NCBI GenBank assembly: GCA_965261345.1
Contig: OZ253449.1
Span: 352,001 to 416,000 of the forward strand
Length of the DNA stretch: 64,000 bases
Direction of reading: 5' to 3'
Source: Chloroflexota bacterium
Lineage (GTDB): Bacteria; Chloroflexota; UBA11872; VXNJ01
The notes under the pieces were generated by a model that ran no database searches, was not told where the DNA came from, and saw only the letters and a program-made list of their open reading frames with translations. Numbering within the stretch: the stretch's first letter is position 1; each line of letters begins with the position of its first letter. The position numbers were made by a program, and so were the translations under genes. Of this stretch, positions 56,948 to 64,000 are shown piece after piece.

Positions 56948-57694
56948 TTACCGACCGGCAGCCGGGGGCGCGGGGTTGACCGTAAGCCGACCGAACCGGC
57001 GTTGGCGCCGGTCATATTCGGCGAGTGCCTCATCCAGCCGGGCAGGGCCAAAATCCGGCCAAAGGGTCGGAGTCCACCAATATTCCGAGTAGGCTGACTG
57101 CCAGAGCAGGAAATTGCTCAGGCGCAGCTCGCCGCCGGTTCGGATCACCAAGTCGGGATCGGGTTGGCCGGCGGTATAGAGGTAGGTCTCGAGCAAGTCT
57201 TCGGTAATGTCCTGCGGTTCCAGTTCGGTCTGCATGATTTTCTGCACCGCCCGTACCAACTCGCTTCGACCCCCGTAGTTAAAAGCAATGTTGAGGGTAA
57301 GGCGGTCAAAGTTGGCGGTTGCCGACTGGAGCTGGCGGATTGTTAGGCGAAGTGGTGAAGGGAGTCGGTCAAGGGCCCCGAGCACCCGGATCCGGATCCG
57401 GTTCTCAAATATGCGGCGGCGTTCGGACCGTAGCCGTTCGCCCATCAGGCCGAGCAGGAAATCGATTTCCGAGATGGGGCGATTCCAGTTTTCGGTTGAG
57501 AGCGCATATACAGTAAGGTGCGATATTGATCGCTCCAAGCAAGCCTGAATAATTTCGCTCAGCCGCGCGCTCCCCGCCCGGTGACCCGCCGATCGATCCA
57601 GCCCGCGCTCGGCCGCCCAGCGCCCGTTACCGTCCATGATGATCGCCAGGTGGATGGGCGGAGCAGTCTTGCCGGGGGACCGGGGAATATTCAT
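56948..57694 (-). CDS. uppS: Undecaprenyl diphosphate synthase
   Basis: IMDGNGRWA, STENWNRP, NYGGR, IRTGGELRLSNFLLWQ. Confidence 0.97.
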   Translation of the reverse strand: MNIPRSPGKTAPPIHLAIIMDGNGRWAAERGLDRSAGHRAGSARLSEIIQACLERSISHLTVYALSTENWNRPISEIDFLLGLMGERLRSERRRIFENRIRIRVLGALDRLPSPLRLTIRQLQSATANFDRLTLNIAFNYGGRSELVRAVQKIMQTELEPQDITEDLLETYLYTAGQPDPDLVIRTGGELRLSNFLLWQSAYSEYWWTPTLWPDFGPARLDEALAEYDRRQRRFGRLTVNPAPPAAGR

Positions 57695-57700
57695 TGTGGG

Positions 57701-58258
57701 TCAGATCTCAAGTACTTCAGCTTCCTTTTCCGCACCCACGACGGCCATCAGCTCAACCTTGGCGTGGGTGATCCGGTCCAGCTGCTCAAGGCCGCGATGG
57801 GCCTCGTCTTGGGAACAGAATTTTTCGTCGGCGGCCGAGCGGATGTCATCAGCGATTCGACGGCGGATGTTGCGCGCCGCGATCCGGCCGTCTTCGACCT
57901 TGCGCTGGACAACCTTGACCATTTCGCGGCGCCTTTCACCCGAAAGCGGAGGGAATGGCAGCCGGATCACGTTCCCGTCAGTTGCCGGCGTGATACCTAT
58001 GTCGGATGTCTCCAGGGCGCGAATGATGGCATTGACAAGGCTCTTGTCCCAGGGTTGGATCACCAGCAGGCGGGCTTCGGGAACGGTTATGGTGGCCAGC
58101 GCTTTGAGTTCGGCCTCGGCTCCGTAGGCCGGTACCGCAAGAGTTTCCACGATGGCTGCCGAGGCACGTCCAGTTCGCACGTGTTCTAGCTCGCGGCGTA
58201 ACGCGGCCACCGAGCGGTCCATCCGTTGGCCGGCTTCCTGCAACAGCTCGTCGATCAT
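57701..58258 (-). CDS. frr: Ribosome recycling factor
   Basis: RTGRA, IQPWD, PPLSGERR, RNIRR, KEAEV. Confidence 0.97.
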   Translation of the reverse strand: MIDELLQEAGQRMDRSVAALRRELEHVRTGRASAAIVETLAVPAYGAEAELKALATITVPEARLLVIQPWDKSLVNAIIRALETSDIGITPATDGNVIRLPFPPLSGERRREMVKVVQRKVEDGRIAARNIRRRIADDIRSAADEKFCSQDEAHRGLEQLDRITHAKVELMAVVGAEKEAEVLEI

Positions 58259-58995
58259 CAGCCTGCCTCGACCCTAGTTCCAATGCTCTCCCCGCGCAGG
58301 ACGCCGAGCAGATTGTGGGCGTTCTCGTCCAGCTCAAACACCACGATCGGCATCGAGTTCTCCATGCAGAGGGAAAACGCGGTCGCGTCCATTACATCAA
58401 TCTGGCGATTGAGCGCCTCGATGTAGGTGATCTTGGGAAAGTGGATTGCGCCTTCATATTTTTCCGGATCGCGGTCAAAGACCCCATTTACACGGGTGGC
58501 CTTGAGCAGGACGTCGGCGTCCATCTCGCTGGCCCGCAGCGCGCCGGCGGTATCAGTCGTAAAGTACGGATTGCCGGTGCCTGCACCAAAAATTACGACC
58601 CGGCCCCGTTCAAGGTGTCGGACCGCCCGCCGCCGGATATATGGTTCGGCGACCTCGCGCATTTCAATCGCGGTCATGACCCGGGTTTCGGCGCCGAGCA
58701 ATTCGATCGCCTGCTGCAGCGCCAGGGCATTGATCGCGGTTCCTAGCATCCCCATGTAATCGGCGGTCGAACGGTGCATTCCACGAGCCTGGGCCGATTC
58801 TCCACGCCAGATGTTGCCAGCTCCAACCACGATTCCCAGCTCAACCCCGGTATCACGCGCGGCCACCACCTGGCGGGCCAGCGCCGCCACCCGTTCGGGA
58901 GCAACTCCGAAGCCGGACGCATTGGCCAACGCGGTGCCGCTCAGCTTGAGCATTGCGCGCTTGTAAACCGGAGGTCGTCCGTCTCCTGGTGGCAT
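58258..58995 (-). CDS. pyrH: UMP kinase
   Basis: LKLSG, GAGNIWRG, DYMGMLGT, GTGNPYFTTD, VMDATA. Confidence 0.98.
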   Translation of the reverse strand: MPPGDGRPPVYKRAMLKLSGTALANASGFGVAPERVAALARQVVAARDTGVELGIVVGAGNIWRGESAQARGMHRSTADYMGMLGTAINALALQQAIELLGAETRVMTAIEMREVAEPYIRRRAVRHLERGRVVIFGAGTGNPYFTTDTAGALRASEMDADVLLKATRVNGVFDRDPEKYEGAIHFPKITYIEALNRQIDVMDATAFSLCMENSMPIVVFELDENAHNLLGVLRGESIGTRVEAG

Positions 58996-59044
58996 CGCGC
59001 GCGGGCGCTCCTTCCCTACTTTGATGTCCTAAGCCTGGCGCGGC

Positions 59045-59524
59045 CTAGATCTCGAACCGCGCAATCTCGGAAACGCGGATGTTCTCGCCAGTGCGCGCGA
59101 TTGAATCCGATATCAGGTCGCCAATCGTCCGCGACGGATCGCGGACGTAGCTCTGCTCTAGCAGAGCTTCGCCGTCGCCGCCATCGTCCGTGTTGATGCG
59201 GTCGGGGGCAAGCGCCGCAATATGCATCGCCACTTCGCGTGCCAGATTCTTGAATTCGTCGGTGCGGGCCACAAAATCGGTCTCGCAGGTGAGTTTGACC
59301 ATCGCTCCCAGGGGCCGATTGGGGTGGATATAAGCCCGGATTATGCCTTCGCCGGTTTCGCGCCCGGACCGTTCCGCGGCGCGCTCCAACCCAGCTGCGC
59401 GCAGAATCCGCCGCGCCTCATCGAGATTACCCGAGGATTCTTCCAGGGCCCGCCGGCAGTCCATCACTCCGGCCCCGGTCTCAGCCCGCAGGTCCTTGAT
59501 CGCAGCTATTGCAACCTTTGCCAT
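59045..59524 (-). CDS. tsf: Elongation factor Ts (short form)
   Basis: LRAETGAGVMDC, CETDFVART, GENI..RF; 159 aa. Confidence 0.96.
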   Translation of the reverse strand: MAKVAIAAIKDLRAETGAGVMDCRRALEESSGNLDEARRILRAAGLERAAERSGRETGEGIIRAYIHPNRPLGAMVKLTCETDFVARTDEFKNLAREVAMHIAALAPDRINTDDGGDGEALLEQSYVRDPSRTIGDLISDSIARTGENIRVSEIARFEI

Positions 59525-59552
59525 TTATGTCTACTCCAGTATTAGTTCAGAT

Positions 59553-60542
59553 CTAGGATTCGGTGTCGGAAACGGTCGGCTGGCCGCCAGGCCGCCGACG
59601 GCCGGAGGAACCACCGGGGCCGCGGCCGCGGCCGCCACGCGACCTGCCGGTTCGCCGCCGCTGCTGTGGGGCGGCTTCACCGTCTCCGGAGGCCGGGGCC
59701 TCACCGCCGGTTGCCCGGGCGGCCGATTCTTGCTCAAACTTGGCCGTTGCTGCTTTTTGCAGGAGAGCCTGCTTCCTGCGGGCCAGATCGCGCCGAATCT
59801 GCTCCTGGCGTTCGCGTTCGGTCCGCTCGCGCTGTTCGCGTTCAACCCGTGCACTTTCGTAAGACTCCCAAGCCGGGCGGATCCCGCTGGCCAGCGATGA
59901 AAGCACCAGGCCAACCGAGCGGAGTGAATCGTCGTTGCCGGGGATTGGCAGGTCAACGGTGTCGGGATCGCAATTTGAGTCCACCAGGGCCACGACTGGG
60001 ATCCCCAGGGTCCGCGCCTCACGGACCGCGTTGGCCTCGCGGTTGGGGTCAATTACCACCAAGGCATGTGGAAGTTCGGCCAGGTGGGCGATACCACCCA
60101 TCTTGCGTTCCAATCGCTCCAGGGCAATCTCCTGGCGACGCCGCTCGCGCTTGGGCAGTTCGTCGAATACTCCGTCGGCGTCCTGGATGCGCAACTCGCG
60201 CAGTCGCTGGAGGCGATGTTTGACGGTGTTGAAGTTGGTCAGGGTGCCACCAAGCCAGCGCTCGATTACGTAGTACTGGCCGGTCTCATTAGCAATTTGT
60301 CGGGTCGCATCGCGTGCCTGCCGTTTGGTGCCGACGAAGATAATCCGGCCGCCTCGCGAAATCAGGGTCGATAAGTAAGCGTGCGCGGCATCAATCGCCT
60401 GGACAGTTTGGCGGAGATCAAATATGTGGATCTCGTTGCGGGCCCCGTAAATAAACCGGGCCATGCGCGGGTTCCAACGACGCGTTTTGTGGCCAAAGTG
60501 GACACCGTTGGCCAGCAGTTCTTCCATCTCGACGACGGGCAT
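59553..60542 (-). CDS. rpsB: 30S ribosomal protein S2 with long C-terminal extension
   Basis: GVHFGH, WNP, FVGTK, RWLGGTLTN, DSNCDP, PGNDD. Confidence 0.98.
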   Translation of the reverse strand: MPVVEMEELLANGVHFGHKTRRWNPRMARFIYGARNEIHIFDLRQTVQAIDAAHAYLSTLISRGGRIIFVGTKRQARDATRQIANETGQYYVIERWLGGTLTNFNTVKHRLQRLRELRIQDADGVFDELPKRERRRQEIALERLERKMGGIAHLAELPHALVVIDPNREANAVREARTLGIPVVALVDSNCDPDTVDLPIPGNDDSLRSVGLVLSSLASGIRPAWESYESARVEREQRERTERERQEQIRRDLARRKQALLQKAATAKFEQESAARATGGEAPASGDGEAAPQQRRRTGRSRGGRGRGPGGSSGRRRPGGQPTVSDTES

Positions 60543-60652
60543 AAATATGGTCCTTTTGGTCTTCCACCTCCATCCACCCGGGTTACAGGACCGGCCGGCG
60601 TTGCCGGCGCGGCAGGACTGGCCCGATCCGAAGGCGTGATCGATTGGGTGGT
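60543..60652 (-). promoter_or_regulatory. Probable rpsB (S2) autoregulatory leader RNA
   Basis: 5' CCACCC pairs with GGGUGG, enclosing GC hairpins. It is followed by UGGAGG...AGACC far upstream of the ATG, the layout known for rpsB leaders. Confidence 0.55.
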
Positions 60653-60743
60653 CGCAGCATTAACTTATTCGCTGCTGCCGGCGACCGTGGGTCGTACCGG
60701 TCAATTCTAGGAATTAACCGACCGCCGCCCCAGCCCCGAAATA

Positions 60744-60821
60744 TGGTCGGGGAGGGGGGATTCGAACCCCCGACCTCGTGCTCCCAAAGCACGCGCGCTA
60801 ACCAGGCTGCGCCACTCCCCG
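60744..60821 (-). tRNA. tRNA-Pro(TGG)
   Basis: CGGGGAG acceptor stem, D-loop AGCCTGGTTA, anticodon arm CGTGC-TTTGGGA-GCACG, TTCGAAT T-loop, encoded CCA. Confidence 0.98.
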
Positions 60822-60839
60822 CCGCCGACACCGCAAAGT

Positions 60840-62831
60840 TTAGGTGCTACCCGCCAACGCACCCCCGACCTCGTTTTGCGGTTGGGCCAGCAAATCGCCA
60901 ATTTCGGCTTCAAGCGCCTCGATTTGGGCTAGCAGCTCCGGGTCGACGACCACTTCCACCGGGATCGCGTCCGGATCCGGACGCGATCCGATCGGGCGCT
61001 CAAAACGGTGCAGCAGCGAGGAGTCGTCGCCCTCCTTGATTTGTTGCAACCAGGCCAAGTATTCGTCGGGGTGCTCGCGACGGGCCACGTCGCGGGCAAT
61101 CATGTATCGATTGGGCCAGGCTGCGAACGAGGAGTGGAAAGCGTCGTTTACTTCCTCTTCGCCTTGGTTAACTCGGCGGTCGATCGAAGCGTATGCGCCA
61201 CGGGCGCCGTATTCGGTCTGATCGATCTCTCCATCCGGCAAATCGGGTCGAATCACCCATTCATCGGCCGGTTGGTCGGTCCAGGCGGAGACCATGGCAC
61301 CGGTCATCTCCACGATGCGACCGTCGGGAGTTCCCCACAGCTCGAAGTCGAGGGTCTGGCGGACGCGGTCATAACGGCGGGTAATTAAGATCGCACCCGG
61401 GGTGTCGTTTACGAACCTCATGTCAAGATCGGGTTGCCAAATCGAGGCATCGAATCCGATTGGCCAGCCGCCCAATTCGTAGTAGTAGACGCGATAGAGG
61501 TGCTTGTGGCGCTCGAGAACCGGCAGGCCGGCCCAGAAAGCGGCCCGAAATAGCGTAGTTGAAACCTGACAAATTCCGCCACCGATTGCAAACAGGGTCG
61601 AGTCGGCGATGATCACCAGGCCGTCGATGAACCCCCGGTCATAGGTGATCGGACCCAGCGCCGCGTTGAAGGCGAGTGTCTCGCCGGGCATCACCAGGGT
61701 TCCGTCAACGTGTGCTGATCCAACGTCGATGTTGTGGATCCGGTAATCAGCCGATCCGGTGAATTGACTCGAGCCTCGGGCCAGTCTGGCGACGATTCCC
61801 AACTGCTCGGCCAACGGATTGAGCCAGGTGACCTGCTGGTAGCGCATCGGCGCCTCGACCCGATCGGTTCCGGCCAGCGCCGCGGCGGCCAGATCGCGGG
61901 CCAGCTGTTCACGGTTGAGTTGGCGGCCCTGGGTTGGCAGCTCGAATCTGGATACCTTTTGGGTGGTTGCGTCGATTTCGATGTCGCCGGGGGCACCAGA
62001 GCGCGCCAGCCGGGCGCCAATTTCATCCAGGGTCGGCAATGCCGCCGGGTCGAAGCCGACCTCCAGGCGGCCCTCCTGGACCCAACTGGTTAGCGCCGCG
62101 GCTAGTTCACCCTGGCTGATCTGCCAACCGCCACCAACCTCGGCCGAGGTGACGTTGATCGGCGATGACACGAGGGCCCGCGCCCGGGCTAACACCTCGC
62201 TGACCGCAAGGTCGGAGACTTCCGGCTCGCGCAGTACGGACGATAGCTCAATCACTTGCTGGACCGGCCGCTGCACAGCAACCGCCGTCCGCAACTGCCC
62301 GATCAGTCCATCTAGATCAAACGCGATGGCCGGGCGAGCTTTACGGACCTGGGGGCGACCGGAATCAAACACCAGGCCGGCATCGATCGGTTGAGGGTTG
62401 ACCAGACGATCCAGTCTTTCGAGATATCCACGCAGCACCGTTTCGTCTAGGGCAATCGGGACCGACACCACCCCGCCGTTGCGCGGCGGAGTGAGCGAAC
62501 CGACCAAAGCCGCGCGATAGTCGGCACCCAACCCGATGTCCGCCGCGGTTGGGGCCCATTCGCCCCCACCGTATGTGAGCCGCACTGGGGCCAGGAGGTA
62601 GCGGCCCCAGGATTGATCGAGTTTTTCGGCGGCGGCGGTTGGGGTCAGGCCCCCGACGTCAATCCCGCCGATGACCAAGTCGCTGGGCAGCGCATCGGCG
62701 TTGGCGAAATAGGCCGCGCCGCCTCCGGCGGCCACACCGATTCCGGCAACCAGGCCGGCGGTGAGCACATGCCGACGCCCAAACCGCTGCCCGGGTTTGC
62801 GACGCCGTGTCTTAGGGGCGGGTTTGACCAT
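60840..62831 (-). CDS. VanW-domain protein with N-terminal anchor and PG-binding-like repeats
   Basis: RIHNI, PGETLAFN, GGGICQVSTTLFRAA, ERHKH, DASI, DMRFVNDT. Confidence 0.92.
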   Translation of the reverse strand: MVKPAPKTRRRKPGQRFGRRHVLTAGLVAGIGVAAGGGAAYFANADALPSDLVIGGIDVGGLTPTAAAEKLDQSWGRYLLAPVRLTYGGGEWAPTAADIGLGADYRAALVGSLTPPRNGGVVSVPIALDETVLRGYLERLDRLVNPQPIDAGLVFDSGRPQVRKARPAIAFDLDGLIGQLRTAVAVQRPVQQVIELSSVLREPEVSDLAVSEVLARARALVSSPINVTSAEVGGGWQISQGELAAALTSWVQEGRLEVGFDPAALPTLDEIGARLARSGAPGDIEIDATTQKVSRFELPTQGRQLNREQLARDLAAAALAGTDRVEAPMRYQQVTWLNPLAEQLGIVARLARGSSQFTGSADYRIHNIDVGSAHVDGTLVMPGETLAFNAALGPITYDRGFIDGLVIIADSTLFAIGGGICQVSTTLFRAAFWAGLPVLERHKHLYRVYYYELGGWPIGFDASIWQPDLDMRFVNDTPGAILITRRYDRVRQTLDFELWGTPDGRIVEMTGAMVSAWTDQPADEWVIRPDLPDGEIDQTEYGARGAYASIDRRVNQGEEEVNDAFHSSFAAWPNRYMIARDVARREHPDEYLAWLQQIKEGDDSSLLHRFERPIGSRPDPDAIPVEVVVDPELLAQIEALEAEIGDLLAQPQNEVGGALAGST

Positions 62832-64000
62832 CGCCGGTAATTACCCACTTGTACGAGGTAAGTTCTTCCAACCCCATCGGCCCGCGGGCGTGCAGTTTCT
62901 GGGTTGATATTCCAACTTCCGCCCCCAGCCCGAATTCGCCCCCATCGGTAAATTGGGTCGAGGCGTTCCAAAAAACAGCGGCGGCATCGACCTCGCTTAG
63001 GAACCGCTCGCCGGTGCGATCATCCCCGGTCACGATCGCCTCCGAATGTCCACTGCCGTGGCGGCGAACATGGGCAATCGCCGCATTCGGTCCCGGCACC
63101 AGCGAGATCGCCATCTGCAGGGCCAGCCATTCGGTGTCCAGGTCCCCGGCCCGCTGGGCAACCACACCGTCGATCTCCCCGATCAGGTTCCGCGCCCCCA
63201 CGTCGGCATGCATAACGACTGAACGCTCGGCCAGCCGCTGAGCCAGCGCGGGTAGAAACCGCTCGGCAATCGCCGAATCGACCAGCAGCGAATCCAGGGC
63301 ATTGCAGATGGAAGGTCGGCGGGTTTTGGCGTTGACTACGATATCAGCGGCCATGTCCAGATCGGCTTGGGCATGGACGTAGGTATGGCAGACACCAAAG
63401 CCGGTTTCGATCACCGGGACCACCGCTGTCCGGGCGACAAAATCGACCAATCCGGACCCGCCACGCGGGATGACCACGTCAAGGTGCGAGCGCAGCCTGA
63501 GCATGTCGCCGACGATGGCGCGGTCGGGATTGGTAATCAACTCAACCCATCCGTCCGGTAAACCGACCGCGGCCCCGGCGCCCTTGAGCACATCCACCAG
63601 TGCGCGATTGCTCGCCAACGCCTCGGACCCTCCGCGCAGGACGGTGGCATTGCCAGATTTAAGGCAGATCGCGGCCACGTCGACCGAAACGTTGGGTCGG
63701 CTCTCAAAAATGACACCGCAGACCCCCAGGGGAACCCTGATCCGTCGAATCCGCAGGCCGTTGGGCCGGGTGCGCTGGTCGACCTCCGATCCGATCGGGT
63801 CCGGCAGGTCGATCAGTTCACGCACCCCTGCAGCGATCGCCGCGACCCGATCGTTGTCAAGTCGCAGGCGGTCAACCATCGCCGGATCCATCCCGGATGC
63901 AGCCGCGGCGGCCAGATCGATCGCGTTAGCGGCAAGAATTTGCGCCCGGTGGTCAAGCAGCTGATCGGCTATAGCCGCCAGCGCCACATTTTTCCGTTCG
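62812..64000 (-). CDS. proA: Gamma-glutamyl phosphate reductase (5' end outside the window)
   Basis: FESRPNV, KSGNA, PRGG, CNALD, HSEAI, NASTQFTDG, ISTQKLHARGPMG. Confidence 0.97.
   Translation of the reverse strand, partial: ERKNVALAAIADQLLDHRAQILAANAIDLAAAAASGMDPAMVDRLRLDNDRVAAIAAGVRELIDLPDPIGSEVDQRTRPNGLRIRRIRVPLGVCGVIFESRPNVSVDVAAICLKSGNATVLRGGSEALASNRALVDVLKGAGAAVGLPDGWVELITNPDRAIVGDMLRLRSHLDVVIPRGGSGLVDFVARTAVVPVIETGFGVCHTYVHAQADLDMAADIVVNAKTRRPSICNALDSLLVDSAIAERFLPALAQRLAERSVVMHADVGARNLIGEIDGVVAQRAGDLDTEWLALQMAISLVPGPNAAIAHVRRHGSGHSEAIVTGDDRTGERFLSEVDAAAVFWNASTQFTDGGEFGLGAEVGISTQKLHARGPMGLEELTSYKWVITGDGQTRP

Noticed and set aside
60655-60745. tRNA-Pro 3' end as an island attachment site
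   Set aside because: No integrase and no duplicated tRNA 3' end were seen; the flanks are housekeeping genes.
60583-60831. 82-aa ORF upstream of rpsB
   Set aside because: It is the translation of the tRNA-Pro gene and the rpsB leader.
1-64000. CRISPR array, prophage or defence genes
   Set aside because: No regularly spaced repeats and no cas, integrase or phage-like proteins were recognised.

Overview
GC-rich bacterial chromosomal segment made mostly of housekeeping genes. It is most consistent with Chloroflexota (inferred from the MreB N-terminus, short EF-Ts, MurF-Alr fusion and VanW protein). From left to right it holds: the degenerate right end of an IS1202/ISNCY-like element; thuA; a System I cytochrome c maturation operon with unusual features (CcmA-CcmB fusion, HxxxF CcmE, a CcmI-topology beta-propeller, probable CTG starts); lon-mreBCD-mrdA-rodA-thrB; a purine operon (guaA purDBCSQLFMNH plus an amidase); tsaE-tsaB-rimI-tsaD; a five-gene coupled operon (divergent MraY, APH-fold kinase lacking its catalytic Asp, degenerate-MurF/Alr fusion, TIM-barrel epimerase, intact MurF); folP; a PHP phosphoesterase; a ~210-nt rod-shaped structured element; korAB; a cupin, two HpcH aldolases, an SDR and a MIP channel; ispG-rseP-dxr-cdsA-uppS-frr-pyrH-tsf-rpsB; tRNA-Pro(TGG); a VanW protein; and a partial proA. 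The best candidates for undescribed biology are the MraY/kinase/MurF-Alr/epimerase/MurF operon (36865-43855) and the G-U-biased rod-like RNA (45707-45919). All calls come from reading motifs by eye; no database searches or folding programs were run.
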